64,000 bases of DNA from Candidatus Woesearchaeota archaeon (GCA_018302985.1 JAGVZA010000002.1:32228-96227); one strand, 5' to 3'; numbered from the stretch's first letter, positions 47,001 to 55,679 are shown. Notes: a model not told the origin generated them from the letters alone. Made by a program: numbers and translations.

Positions 47001-47244
47001 AAAAGCAAACGAAAGAGCAACCCTTCTCTACACAGAGTACAAAGAAAGTTCAGGATATCTTAATGGAAGATTTCCACTATATGCTTACTGTGCTCTAACA
47101 GGTGCACAACCGAACATAGAAACAACCGAGCTAGCAAAATTAAAACAAGAAGTTGAAGATGTAAGACTACAAAGAGTTACATTTACAACTGATCAAAGAG
47201 AACACTTTGTAAAAATGATAGAAGGTTGGGAAGGAGCAACATAA
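44065..47244 (+). CDS. 1059 aa alpha-helical repeat protein, unknown function
   Basis: Degenerate ~32 aa repeats (VQ..Y..L...G.....L...TG..P); no signal peptide or TM seen. Confidence 0.75.
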   Translation: MKAAKNQYDQFVAQIQQGETVQFGKMETLFAKALLSRFLEQLRSQNFRERAEQLHRERQRLILEETGDEDSEIEPLSDQELLTYALDQARTAIGALGVRPPVREMQPYLEKAIERKDWPLLNAALSLTEEGKLEKGTLETIVLEALLRRPTREEGDTPSSIRREFGEPHYTRELVEPVYSRALADGNMEGVKAVHEETKITISPALVQTTYETLAGAGRSERMKKLVEVTGVIPEKTSALRTNLINLIVTTDKLEKETLDELDAVIDIRTDAALAKALQLAAVRNGRISTFFDLYNSVGEKERVAVSNVQDAYDTLASTDAIDTIVNQAIQTGIAPRKKVLTQVYSDLLQKQNFARMEELAAKTSTTPRFDDAVVDTTVRSMIAHDGMHTVRLRESLEPFIRFANLVHQAGSAIAEEHVARACQMYLEGYITGEEDRGLEGRIRVVDRIYTQLGIKSSETITALKLERLVKELGTTFGELVSKYAKEYSNGSPLQPMPGSNLGEWRQYSTAARKNVRKHIKDLKAIRRAHPNCSVEQHLQTTEIDARFIQETYIACLETFLTQCSMDEKTVDLPQLIETVGIPINETAVNRALINHIKRNYERQDAGKVLENAQKAGMSVTLNDQQINKIGQEMLTRPEGTLHYLKALIGERTFPPDLQEAVQARSVVELGKGNISDYDKLQSLLSIKRPPTAGEAQTIRKTIIAILTDGKYEALEALHREQAEAMRDRSGIILTATPAELEVMIDKYFEGGSSAKHPSHIARFFNTTLNPDQIRRRYEALLKDRNINGLENITYAYEERIKAVQELMADTGVKYEPKDLQQRVEAEVSKGHSGHFPRWGPLLGLLTTHNVPPEQSTATRIYQASIRDLSKGEYFNTNCLPEIVRRLREFNLPVEDSIAEEVKNLGLKDHEVGNEKLIKSMDWLHHLYQRADILTPAELTTVADAIDEDFTGSHIKAHNRNGTLIRDLSFIYVLGNRQAKANERATLLYTEYKESSGYLNGRFPLYAYCALTGAQPNIETTELAKLKQEVEDVRLQRVTFTTDQREHFVKMIEGWEGAT

Positions 47245-47245
47245 A

Positions 47246-49627
47246 ATGCCACACATGGGAATGGGTATGCATCAAGCACAACGCTTAGAGCAACGTCTAG
47301 AGATGCGGCAAATGTTAGCGCCAGCAGAATTAGGTGTAGCTCCTTTTAGAACAGAAGGAGAAGAATTACAAATATCAGAGTATGATATTCTCAAAAAACT
47401 TTTAAGTCTTATAGACAAAGGAGAATTTTTTGATCCAACTCACTTTACTTTAGAAACCAATAGGGCAATATTCACTAATCCTTTGCAAGCAAGATTAGGA
47501 AAGTTAGCAGGCAACCTGACATCATTAATGAAACTCTATGATGGTGATGAGGTTTTAGCAAAAAGAATATTAGTAGCTTTAGGTACACAAAAAGAAGCAG
47601 ACAAAAAAGACACACCTGGAAGAATAGCAGATGCATGGGCGACAGTAACGCAGCATGCTCTTTTTAGAAGAGAACAAGAGCAGCACTATCTCCTTAAGTT
47701 TGTAGAACATCTCAGTAAGCAAGAAGCAGACATAGCAAGCGGCGTAGGAGTTGTAGCGCAAGCAAGTGCAGTAGAGAAACAGCCAGCCTTGGTAAAAACT
47801 GCTCTAGAAGAGGTCACACGCTATGCAACACAAGACAAGCGATTAGTGCCTTTTGCGCAGAGAATTCTAGCTCCTGTTTTCCGTGCATTGAAAGGATCAA
47901 AATCACTATCAGTAAATGAAGCTAAGAGATTGTATGAAAATATTATAGATAATCTCTTCATGTTAGATAGAACACTCAACATTCCTGGAGGCATAGAAAA
48001 AATAGCAGAAGCCATCAGAGCTTATGGAGTTCAGAGAGTGCTTGAAAGTACCTTGCCCTTGCCTTTACAAGTTATGGCTGACAGTGTTGTAACAGAGCAA
48101 GCGACAAGAAATGCGTTTATGCAATTACCGGGCATGAAAACTTTAGCGGATGAAAGAGAAGTACAACGAAGAGTCTATACAGGTTTAGCGCTCATAGAAA
48201 CATTACCAGAACAAGAACGCATCTTAGCGCATATAATTGGAAATGCTAAAGATGTTAAGGGATTTGGAAGAATAACTGCGGCGTTAGAACAAGTGTATAA
48301 AGATCCAGAATTCACTTATCCTTTCCAAGTAACAGAAGAACAAGAAATAGTAAGACATTTACGAACACATTTAGTAGACAAAAGCATCAGAAGATTAAAA
48401 TTTGATCCAGATACTTTAGAAACTTATATCCAAAGAATAGAAAAAGACGAGCGATTTAGTAAGATTAGTAACATAATCACGACCTTAGCAGGATATAAGC
48501 ATTATCAAGATGATCACAGATTAAATCTCTTACGAGAGATAGCGACAGCAGAATTAGCAGGTAAATTTCAGGAATGGAAATATAGTCATGACTTGGCAGA
48601 TATACAACTGCAGCCTATTGGAGGAGTAGAAGATGAACAAGCCGTTGCGGCATGGAAAGAAAGAAGCAGAGTAACAAGAATAGTAGGTGAGTTAAACGCT
48701 TTAGATGCTCATATTCAAGCAGTAAAAAAAACAACACAAAAACTGCAAGAAACCTATAAAGGATATTATAATCAAGAGTGTACAGTAGAAAGTCTTGTAG
48801 AATTAGAAAGAAGTATAGTAACAAATGAGACGCAGCTGAGAGAAGAAGGTCTTTCGAAAGCAGCGCGAAAAGAGTTAGGATATCAAACAAGTAAACTCAG
48901 AGAACAAGTAGACTATGCAAAGTTAGTTTTAGTAGCGACAGATTTAGACCAGGAAAAATATGCAGAATTCTTAGAACATGCGGAAACCTTGGCAAGAAAG
49001 AGAACAAATCACCCTTTGTATGATGCTGCGGTCTGGGTAAGAGAAACTTTAGATCAGCCAGCCTATAGAAATGCAAGAAAGATTCAAATATACAGTACTG
49101 ATGATTTAGAAGAATTGTTGAGATTCGGAGAAACACCAGTGCCACATTGCCAGAGCTGGAAACATCAGAGAGGCGATGGATTCAACGACTCACTCTTAAG
49201 TTTCGTAGCGGACGCAAACAAAGAAATGTATGTCATAACTAATGGGGATGGTAAGGCTATAGCAACTCCAATGACACGATTAATTGAGCATAATGATGGT
49301 CCAGCTATAGTAGTAGACGACTTTGACGCGACAGAATGGAGTGATGATTATGGCATTGCATTTCTAGGAAGTCTAGCTGAGAAAGCGGCAGCACTATACA
49401 AGGCAACAGGAAAACCAGTAAGTGTAGGTAGTAATGATCCAAATCTTAGGGCGGCATTCGAACATTTCGGAAGAAAATATGGTGTTGAAGTATTCGAAGA
49501 CCAAGTAGATATCTTAACAGCGCCAAGTAAATCTCCAACTGAATATTTCAACTGTGGACCTGGACATGTAAATAGTGGTGCTCATGTTAGATTCGGATTC
49601 ACTTATGTAACTATCGGTGATAAATAA
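47246..49627 (+). CDS. 793 aa protein, unknown function: Gln/Leu-rich leader, helical core, conserved-looking C-terminal alpha/beta domain
   Basis: N-term MGMHQAQRLEQRLEMRQMLAP; C-term TDDLEELLRFGE.P..HCQSW...N.SLLSFVADANK. Confidence 0.75.
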   Translation: MPHMGMGMHQAQRLEQRLEMRQMLAPAELGVAPFRTEGEELQISEYDILKKLLSLIDKGEFFDPTHFTLETNRAIFTNPLQARLGKLAGNLTSLMKLYDGDEVLAKRILVALGTQKEADKKDTPGRIADAWATVTQHALFRREQEQHYLLKFVEHLSKQEADIASGVGVVAQASAVEKQPALVKTALEEVTRYATQDKRLVPFAQRILAPVFRALKGSKSLSVNEAKRLYENIIDNLFMLDRTLNIPGGIEKIAEAIRAYGVQRVLESTLPLPLQVMADSVVTEQATRNAFMQLPGMKTLADEREVQRRVYTGLALIETLPEQERILAHIIGNAKDVKGFGRITAALEQVYKDPEFTYPFQVTEEQEIVRHLRTHLVDKSIRRLKFDPDTLETYIQRIEKDERFSKISNIITTLAGYKHYQDDHRLNLLREIATAELAGKFQEWKYSHDLADIQLQPIGGVEDEQAVAAWKERSRVTRIVGELNALDAHIQAVKKTTQKLQETYKGYYNQECTVESLVELERSIVTNETQLREEGLSKAARKELGYQTSKLREQVDYAKLVLVATDLDQEKYAEFLEHAETLARKRTNHPLYDAAVWVRETLDQPAYRNARKIQIYSTDDLEELLRFGETPVPHCQSWKHQRGDGFNDSLLSFVADANKEMYVITNGDGKAIATPMTRLIEHNDGPAIVVDDFDATEWSDDYGIAFLGSLAEKAAALYKATGKPVSVGSNDPNLRAAFEHFGRKYGVEVFEDQVDILTAPSKSPTEYFNCGPGHVNSGAHVRFGFTYVTIGDK

Positions 49628-49640
49628 GTGGAGCAACTGA

Positions 49641-50501
49641 TTATTTTTCCTTAGGTTCTAATCCTATCCACACAAGATAATGATCTGAATGCGCTTCTGT
49701 AATGCCCTCAGTAACAATGCCTTTTTTCCCATACTCTTCTAGTGCATCATCATTCAATAAAATTCTATCATAAGTGCAGGAGCTTTGTGCAACTGTAGTG
49801 TCTGCAGTATCTCTGATAATCCAATGCCAAGTATCAAATTCTTGTTCTTGTTGAGCATTATAATAACTACAATCTGCATTGAAATCTCCTAGAATTAGAA
49901 TATTTCCTTTATCTGGTACAAGAGCTTCAAGAGCTGCTAATTCTTGTTGTACAGCTGCTGGCTTAATATGAATAGTATACGCAGTAAACACATAACCATC
50001 AACAGCAAACGTAGCTGCTAGTGGAGGCCTTTCCCAACGATCTTGTTGGTCAGGAGTAGAGTCTTGTAATTTAATCAGTTTAATACTTTTTCCAGTTTCC
50101 AAAGAGACGTCGCGATACAAAACTCCATATTGTTCTTTGCTTGCAGAACGTCCTGCTCTCGCAGAAACAGCACAAGTATAATCTGGCAACCGAGCACACA
50201 ACGTTTGGAATGCAGATTCGCTTTTGTCCCGTATCTCTTGCACAAATACAATATCAAAATCATCAAGAATGGACACATAATCCTGCAGTAATTCCTCATT
50301 GGCTGCCTTTGTCACGCCAAATATTTGAAGATTCCACGTAGCAATAGTCAGTGCTTTGACATCTTTCGAAGGATAAGGATCAGTATCAGAAGGAGTTTTT
50401 ACAACATTGCCAGTAATAGAATCAAAAGACAACCAGATAAATGCTACAATCGCTACAAGAATGATTTTCCCTAGAAGCACCATCTTTCCATTTTTATGCA
50501 T
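49641..50501 (-). CDS. Exported DNase I-like endonuclease/exonuclease/phosphatase
   Basis: N-terminal TM with ITGNVV; ATWNLQ.FG, VQEIRD, EQY..LY, R.P, H.KP, GDFNADC.Y, YDRI, SDHY.V. Confidence 0.9.
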   Translation of the reverse strand: MHKNGKMVLLGKIILVAIVAFIWLSFDSITGNVVKTPSDTDPYPSKDVKALTIATWNLQIFGVTKAANEELLQDYVSILDDFDIVFVQEIRDKSESAFQTLCARLPDYTCAVSARAGRSASKEQYGVLYRDVSLETGKSIKLIKLQDSTPDQQDRWERPPLAATFAVDGYVFTAYTIHIKPAAVQQELAALEALVPDKGNILILGDFNADCSYYNAQQEQEFDTWHWIIRDTADTTVAQSSCTYDRILLNDDALEEYGKKGIVTEGITEAHSDHYLVWIGLEPKEK

Positions 50502-50540
50502 AGATAAGAATAAAACTTCACTCTTTAAAACAGTTGCTGA

Positions 50541-50576
50541 GAAAAATCCGGAAAAACAGAGAGAAAATCCGAAAGA
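50541..50576 (+). repeat. Phased-CG intergenic element, 5' half
   Basis: GAAAAATCCGGAAAAACAGAGAGAAAATCCGAAAGA, 31/36 identical to 8751-8786; CG at 50549 and 50570. Confidence 0.75.
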
Positions 50577-50584
50577 AAAGAAAA

Positions 50585-50657
50585 TGAGCCGGGAAGGATT
50601 TGAACCTTCGACCCCGTCCTTGTAAGGGACGCATCATAACCGCTAGACCACCGGCTC
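50585..50657 (-). tRNA. tRNA-Val(TAC), no intron, no encoded CCA
   Basis: Reverse complement GAGCCGG...CGTCC-CT-TAC-AA-GGACG...GAAGG-TTCAAAT-CCTTC-CCGGCTC-A. Confidence 0.97.
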
Positions 50658-50697
50658 ACAACAGAAATGTCCCAAATATGCTATTTAAAGATTGTGC

Positions 50698-51909
50698 TCA
50701 AAAGCCCAGCAAGTTCTTAACCACATAGAGAAGCATGAATAAAGAGCTTAAAAAACCAAGGAATGCTATAATAGAGAATTGCCCTATATTACCTGGACAT
50801 CTAAAGCTGCGTTTAGTCTGTTTGCATTTATAGCGCAAAACAATCAGGCTTAAGTTCACGCTCGCAAAAGTGGCAAACAAAAAGAAGTTAGTTAAGTTTG
50901 CAACAAGTCCTATGTCTCCAATTAAAACAAAAGCCAGCGTCAAGAACATCAAGACAAGAATCGCTAAATGAGGTGTTTTTCTCGTAGGATGCACTTCAGC
51001 TAAAAAAGCTGGTAGGGTTTTTTCTTTTGCCATGCCATAGATCATACGTGACGTAGTAACTAAAGTAATCAACACAGTATTGGATGTAGAAAATAAAGCG
51101 ATGATGGCTAGTAAAGTAAATGCATTGCTTCCTAAAACAGCTTGTGCAACTGTTGCCAAAGGTGCTTCAGATGCTGCAATCACTTGCCAATCAACAATGC
51201 TGACAGCAGACATGGCAACCAGCACATAAAGTACAGAAGTAATCAAAATAGAATACACTAAAGCTTTGGGAATAGTAACGCTTGGATTTTTTGTTTCTTC
51301 TCGTAATTTGATAATGCTTTCAAAACCCATATATGCGAAAAAAACTAGGGCGGCAGAACTGAACACTCCGGAAAATCCATGAGGCATAGCTAAATAATTA
51401 ACACTGCCTAGTTTAGGAATACCCAAGACAACTATGATTGCAAGCCCTATAAATTCAATGAACGTTGAGATCATGTTAAATTTGTTGGACTCTTGAATGC
51501 CTATGAAATTGATAAAAGTCATAACAATCACCAGCAGAACTGCACCAGTCAAAACAGGAATAGGAAGTAAGTTGGAGATATAGCCGGCAAAGCCAAGAGA
51601 GACTGTAGCAGCGCTGATAAATCCTGCGCAGATCATAGAGAATGCCATGACAAAAGCAAAAGGTTTGTTGAAAGCAGCATGTAAATAATCATACTCTCCA
51701 GCATCGCCCTTGAACATCGAAGAGAGTTCAGCATAACTCAATCCAGTGAAGATAGCAATAATTGCAGTGATCAAAAAACTTAGCCACGTCGCATTGCCAG
51801 AACTTTGTGCGGCAAGTCCAATGAGCGCATAAATCCCTGCGCCAAGAATAATTCCTACACTAGCGACTGTAACATCAAATAGACCTAATGTCCTCTTTAA
51901 CCCTACCAC
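50698..51909 (-). CDS. APC family amino acid permease
   Basis: LKRTLG, GIILGAGIY, SYAELSS, FFAY.GFE, EETKNP, SRMIYGMA; GTG start inferred. Confidence 0.92.
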   Translation of the reverse strand: MVGLKRTLGLFDVTVASVGIILGAGIYALIGLAAQSSGNATWLSFLITAIIAIFTGLSYAELSSMFKGDAGEYDYLHAAFNKPFAFVMAFSMICAGFISAATVSLGFAGYISNLLPIPVLTGAVLLVIVMTFINFIGIQESNKFNMISTFIEFIGLAIIVVLGIPKLGSVNYLAMPHGFSGVFSSAALVFFAYMGFESIIKLREETKNPSVTIPKALVYSILITSVLYVLVAMSAVSIVDWQVIAASEAPLATVAQAVLGSNAFTLLAIIALFSTSNTVLITLVTTSRMIYGMAKEKTLPAFLAEVHPTRKTPHLAILVLMFLTLAFVLIGDIGLVANLTNFFLFATFASVNLSLIVLRYKCKQTKRSFRCPGNIGQFSIIAFLGFLSSLFMLLYVVKNLLGF

Positions 51910-51987
51910 AAAAACAGAAAGAATTTGCTTCCTTTTAAACATTTACTTTCCATGTAGGTAGTCGAATAAATCTCTACTAGTTAACAA

Positions 51988-52761
51988 CTAAGGATTGAAA
52001 TCCAATTCTAACAGTACAGGACAATGATCTGAGCCCATTACCTCTTGCAAAATCTTCGTGCGTTTGACATGTTTTTCTAAATCAGGAGTAATACAAAAAT
52101 AATCAACTCTCCAGCCAATATTTCTTTTGCGTGCTTGAAACATATAACTCCACCAGGTGTAATGACTTTCTTCTCCAGGATGCTGTTTTCTGAAAATATC
52201 TAGATAGCCCTTTGATAAAAACCTAGTCATCCATGCTCTTTCTTCAGGCAAAAAACCAGCATTATCTTGATTTTGTTTGGCATTTTTCAAGTCAATAGCC
52301 TCATGAGCAATATTATAGTCTCCGCAAACAACTAATTTCTTTCCCTGTTTTCGTAGCTGTTCACAATAAGCTAACACTTGATCACAAAACTGTAATTTAT
52401 ATTGTACTCTATCATGACCTCTACCAGAGTTAGGAAAATAAATATTAAGTAAAGTAAATTGAGGATATTCCGTTATTAATACACGACCTTCATCATCAAA
52501 CCCTTTGAGATCCATGCCACACTGTACATGTTTGGGTTGTTCTTTGCTAAAAGTTGCAACACCAGCATACCCTTTCTTGACGCCACAATGCCAATAGGTA
52601 GAATAGCCATCAACTTTTTTGAACTCTTCAGTTATATGGTCTGTATGATATTTTGTTTCTTGTAAGCATAAGATATCTGGTTTCTCTTTTTTCAGCCAAT
52701 CCATAAATCCTTTTTTCATGACTGAACGAATACCATTGACATTCCAGCTAACCAGTTTCAT
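51988..52761 (-). CDS. xth: Exodeoxyribonuclease III / AP endonuclease
   Basis: SWNVNGIR, LCLQETK, GY.GV, EGR, CGDYNIAH, YTWWSY, GWR.DY, GSDHCP. Confidence 0.96.
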   Translation of the reverse strand: MKLVSWNVNGIRSVMKKGFMDWLKKEKPDILCLQETKYHTDHITEEFKKVDGYSTYWHCGVKKGYAGVATFSKEQPKHVQCGMDLKGFDDEGRVLITEYPQFTLLNIYFPNSGRGHDRVQYKLQFCDQVLAYCEQLRKQGKKLVVCGDYNIAHEAIDLKNAKQNQDNAGFLPEERAWMTRFLSKGYLDIFRKQHPGEESHYTWWSYMFQARKRNIGWRVDYFCITPDLEKHVKRTKILQEVMGSDHCPVLLELDFNP

Positions 52762-52802
52762 CAACAAGAAAAGAAAAAAAGAAGTTTAAATAGATTCCTA
52801 GT

Positions 52803-53579
52803 CTATTCTGGTTTTAAGAATTCAATGCGTCTCGTCCCTGGATTTAAGAGAGGTACACGATGCTGTTGCAGAAAGCCAGTCAGTTGCAAATAGCCATTCT
52901 GTACAGTAGAATACATACTACCTGTAATAGCTTTGACATCACCAACAGATTTACCGACTACTTTTCTTGCTTCATTCAATTCTATCAGGCTGACTAAAGC
53001 TGGTCCAGTATGCTGTAAATGTTCATAGGCATGACGAACTTGGTCTCCTGTAGTAAGGAAAACACCATACGCTTGTTGACATTGATCCATTAAGGCGACA
53101 GATTCCTGCGCATATTGCTGTGTTTGTTGTTCAATAACTGCTTGACGATTGCCCATCAGAGTTTGAAAACCATTGTGAGCGCGTGTTTTGATAGACTTAA
53201 CAAAAGAGAGCACATCTGTTGGTTGTTCAATGGGTAGTAATTCCGCAGGTTTGTAGCCCTGAGCATCTTCCATACGTTTCTGCAGTAAATCAAAATAAGC
53301 CAATAAGTGCTCACGTTCTCCTCCATATAACAGTGTCATATTATCCAAAATACCGCTAATGTCTCCAAGAACACAAATCTCCTGATCCACTAAGTGTCGT
53401 AAATCTGCTTTGTCTGCTTTCCCAATCAGAGAAAGAATACCAGACCATTTGCCAGTGATACGATCAATGTCTTGCTTGACTCCTGCTAATGCTTCTTTCT
53501 TTTCGCGAAGAGTTTGCATATAATGTCTGTAGGAATCTTGTCCTAAAGTAATTTCTAATCTTCCAGTAAGTGATGTCAT
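52803..53579 (-). CDS. Hypothetical coiled-coil protein
   Basis: Third gene of an ATGA-coupled operon; long amphipathic helices. Confidence 0.65.
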   Translation of the reverse strand: MTSLTGRLEITLGQDSYRHYMQTLREKKEALAGVKQDIDRITGKWSGILSLIGKADKADLRHLVDQEICVLGDISGILDNMTLLYGGEREHLLAYFDLLQKRMEDAQGYKPAELLPIEQPTDVLSFVKSIKTRAHNGFQTLMGNRQAVIEQQTQQYAQESVALMDQCQQAYGVFLTTGDQVRHAYEHLQHTGPALVSLIELNEARKVVGKSVGDVKAITGSMYSTVQNGYLQLTGFLQQHRVPLLNPGTRRIEFLKPE

Positions 53580-53857
53580 TTTTTTGTCTCCTTTTCAGCT
53601 TCTATTTTTTCTAGAACTTGTTGTAAATCATGCTCATGGCATAAATTACGAATACGATATTCTGTATTGCCCAGTTGAAAATGTTCAGGTTGGATCTCTT
53701 GGGCATTGTTTGTGACAGTGTCAATAAGATAATGTTCCTGATCAGTGCGTCGCACACGATATCTATAATCATTAGTGACGCAACTATGAGTAAGATAGCC
53801 AGCGGCAAATAATGCAGCATAGAATTTTATACGTAAAACAGTTTTGATAAATTTCAT
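53576..53857 (-). CDS. Small membrane-anchored hypothetical protein
   Basis: Hydrophobic FYAALFAAGY segment followed by Cys; ATGA-coupled. Confidence 0.65.
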   Translation of the reverse strand: MKFIKTVLRIKFYAALFAAGYLTHSCVTNDYRYRVRRTDQEHYLIDTVTNNAQEIQPEHFQLGNTEYRIRNLCHEHDLQQVLEKIEAEKETKK

Positions 53858-54294
53858 TTCTTTATTCCTCCAATTTTTTCTCTCAGATAGTCTTTAGCTT
53901 CTCTATAAGTGTAAACAACTTCATTGCGAACACGTACAGCAGTTTGACAGGCATATGCGTCAAGTTTCTCCAAAAGATTGTCGCCAGCATCTGCTGTATT
54001 TTTTGGTCGCTTGAAAGGAACAGGAGAAGGTAAAGGATCAGCACCTGTTCGAGAAGGATTTTTCAAATATAGTAAAAAACGTTGCTCCATCGTTAGAGGT
54101 TGTGCAATGGGTTGTTGAGGTTCAGGAACTTGTTGTGATATCTGCACAGGTACAGCAACAGTTTTTTCTAAGGAAGATATAGGGGTAGAAGCTGGAGAAG
54201 TAACTGGAGTTTCAGCACGTCCACAATGACCTGTGCAATAACCAAGCGTGAACACGCCCACCCCTGCAAGTACATATCCTTTAATCGAAGTCAT
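53854..54294 (-). CDS. Membrane-anchored Pro-rich hypothetical protein
   Basis: N-terminal hydrophobic segment with GYCTGHC, then a Pro/Ser/Gln linker. Confidence 0.65.
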   Translation of the reverse strand: MTSIKGYVLAGVGVFTLGYCTGHCGRAETPVTSPASTPISSLEKTVAVPVQISQQVPEPQQPIAQPLTMEQRFLLYLKNPSRTGADPLPSPVPFKRPKNTADAGDNLLEKLDAYACQTAVRVRNEVVYTYREAKDYLREKIGGIKK

Positions 54295-54330
54295 AGAACT
54301 AGGAAGATTTTAGTTTAAAAGAAACTTGCT

Positions 54331-54435
54331 ACGAAAATGTCGAAAACTTTGCGAAAAAGTTGAAAATAAAACAACCTACGCCGAAAACTTTGCGAAAAGA
54401 AAGCATTTTTCCGGAAATACCACGCTGGATTCGCA
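54331..54435 (+). repeat. Phased-CG intergenic element, expanded copy with internal 17 bp direct repeat
   Basis: CGAAAACTTTGCGAAAA at 54341 and 54382; CG at 54332, 54341, 54352, 54379, 54382, 54393, 54412, 54423 and 54432. Confidence 0.7.
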
Positions 54436-54473
54436 ACAGAAAGTTTATATGATTGAGAAAAAAGAGATTTTTC

Positions 54474-55679
54474 ATGGATTTCAAAAAAATATTAGCAACT
54501 TGTAAACCTTCGCCAGAAGAGGAACTGCATTTGCAAAAACTAGTGAAGGAAATACTTAGTAAAATCAAGATTCCCGGTGCAAAACCCATATTAGGTGGTT
54601 CAGGTGCCAAGAATACCTGGCTAAGGGGAACGCATGATATCGATATTTATGTAAAATTTAATGTAAAACAATATAGTCGCAAAACAGATCAACTAGCAGA
54701 TATTTTAGAAAAAGCACTAAAAAAACATTTCAAGCTAGATCGTTTGCATGGCTCTCGAGATTATTATCAAGTATACAAAGCCCCATATACAGTAGAAATA
54801 GTCCCTATTTTAGATATCAAAAAAGCTGCAGAAGCAAAAAATATCACAGACTTTTCACATTTACACGTTGCCTACGTGCAAAAATACAAAAAAGCAGCAG
54901 ATGAAATTCGTTTAGCAAAATTATTTGCAAAAGCCCAAGGCATCTATGGTGCAGAAAGTTATATGCAGGGATTTTCTGGGTATGTTATGGAGTTGTTAGT
55001 TATTCACTATGGTTCATTCATGAAGATGATGCGTGCAGTTGCAAAATGGAAAGAAACAACCATCATCGGCGATAAAAAAGAAGCGCTCAGTCTTAATCCA
55101 GCAAAAAAAGTATCTCCTTTAATTTTGGTAGATCCTGTCCAGCCAGAAAGAAATGCAGCCGCTGCTCTATCAGAAGAAAAATATCAGCAATGTATCAAAG
55201 CTTGTCAAAAATTCCTAAAGCATCCCTCAGAAAATTTATTCGAAGAAGAAGAGATCAACTGGGAAAAAATCAAAAAGAAAGGAACTGTATGGTATTGCGC
55301 AGTAACTCCTTTGCCAGAGAAAAAAGATGTTGCTGGAGCTAAAATGTTAAAAGCATTTGATTTCACTAAACAAACCTTAGAACGTGCAGAATTTAAACTC
55401 TATAAATCTGGTTGGCAATATGCTGCTCCGTCTTTTTTCTATTTTGTAGTAGATAAAAAACCCCTATCACCAACACTACTGAGACAAGGTCCTCCTTTAA
55501 CACATCCAGAAGGAGTCCTACATTTCAAAAAACAACACAAGAAAATACTCACGAAAAAAGGTCGTTTATATGCAGAAGTCCCTCGAGAATTTACACATGC
55601 ACAAGACTGTCTTAAGAGTGTTCTAGCCTCAGAAAACGTTGTAAATAGGGTCAAAAACGTCTCCGTAAGCATTCTGTAA
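54474..55679 (+). CDS. cca: Archaeal (class I) CCA-adding enzyme
   Basis: GGS.AK.TWL...DIDIY, EIVP, N.TD....H, YGAES...GFSGY..ELL...YG, DPV...RN.AAA.S. Confidence 0.92.
   Translation: MDFKKILATCKPSPEEELHLQKLVKEILSKIKIPGAKPILGGSGAKNTWLRGTHDIDIYVKFNVKQYSRKTDQLADILEKALKKHFKLDRLHGSRDYYQVYKAPYTVEIVPILDIKKAAEAKNITDFSHLHVAYVQKYKKAADEIRLAKLFAKAQGIYGAESYMQGFSGYVMELLVIHYGSFMKMMRAVAKWKETTIIGDKKEALSLNPAKKVSPLILVDPVQPERNAAAALSEEKYQQCIKACQKFLKHPSENLFEEEEINWEKIKKKGTVWYCAVTPLPEKKDVAGAKMLKAFDFTKQTLERAEFKLYKSGWQYAAPSFFYFVVDKKPLSPTLLRQGPPLTHPEGVLHFKKQHKKILTKKGRLYAEVPREFTHAQDCLKSVLASENVVNRVKNVSVSIL

Noticed and set aside
47246-47330. Calling the 793 aa protein a sigma-54 factor
   Set aside because: Only the first ~25 aa resemble region I; no core-binding domain or RpoN box (ARRTVAKYR) is present.
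50407-50625. 72 aa ORF ending SREGFEPSTPSL
   Set aside because: It is a translation of the antisense tRNA-Val and the intergenic repeat.
54331-54435. Possible CRISPR mini-array (17 bp repeat twice)
   Set aside because: Only two short copies with a 24 bp gap and no cas genes; better explained as the phased-CG element.
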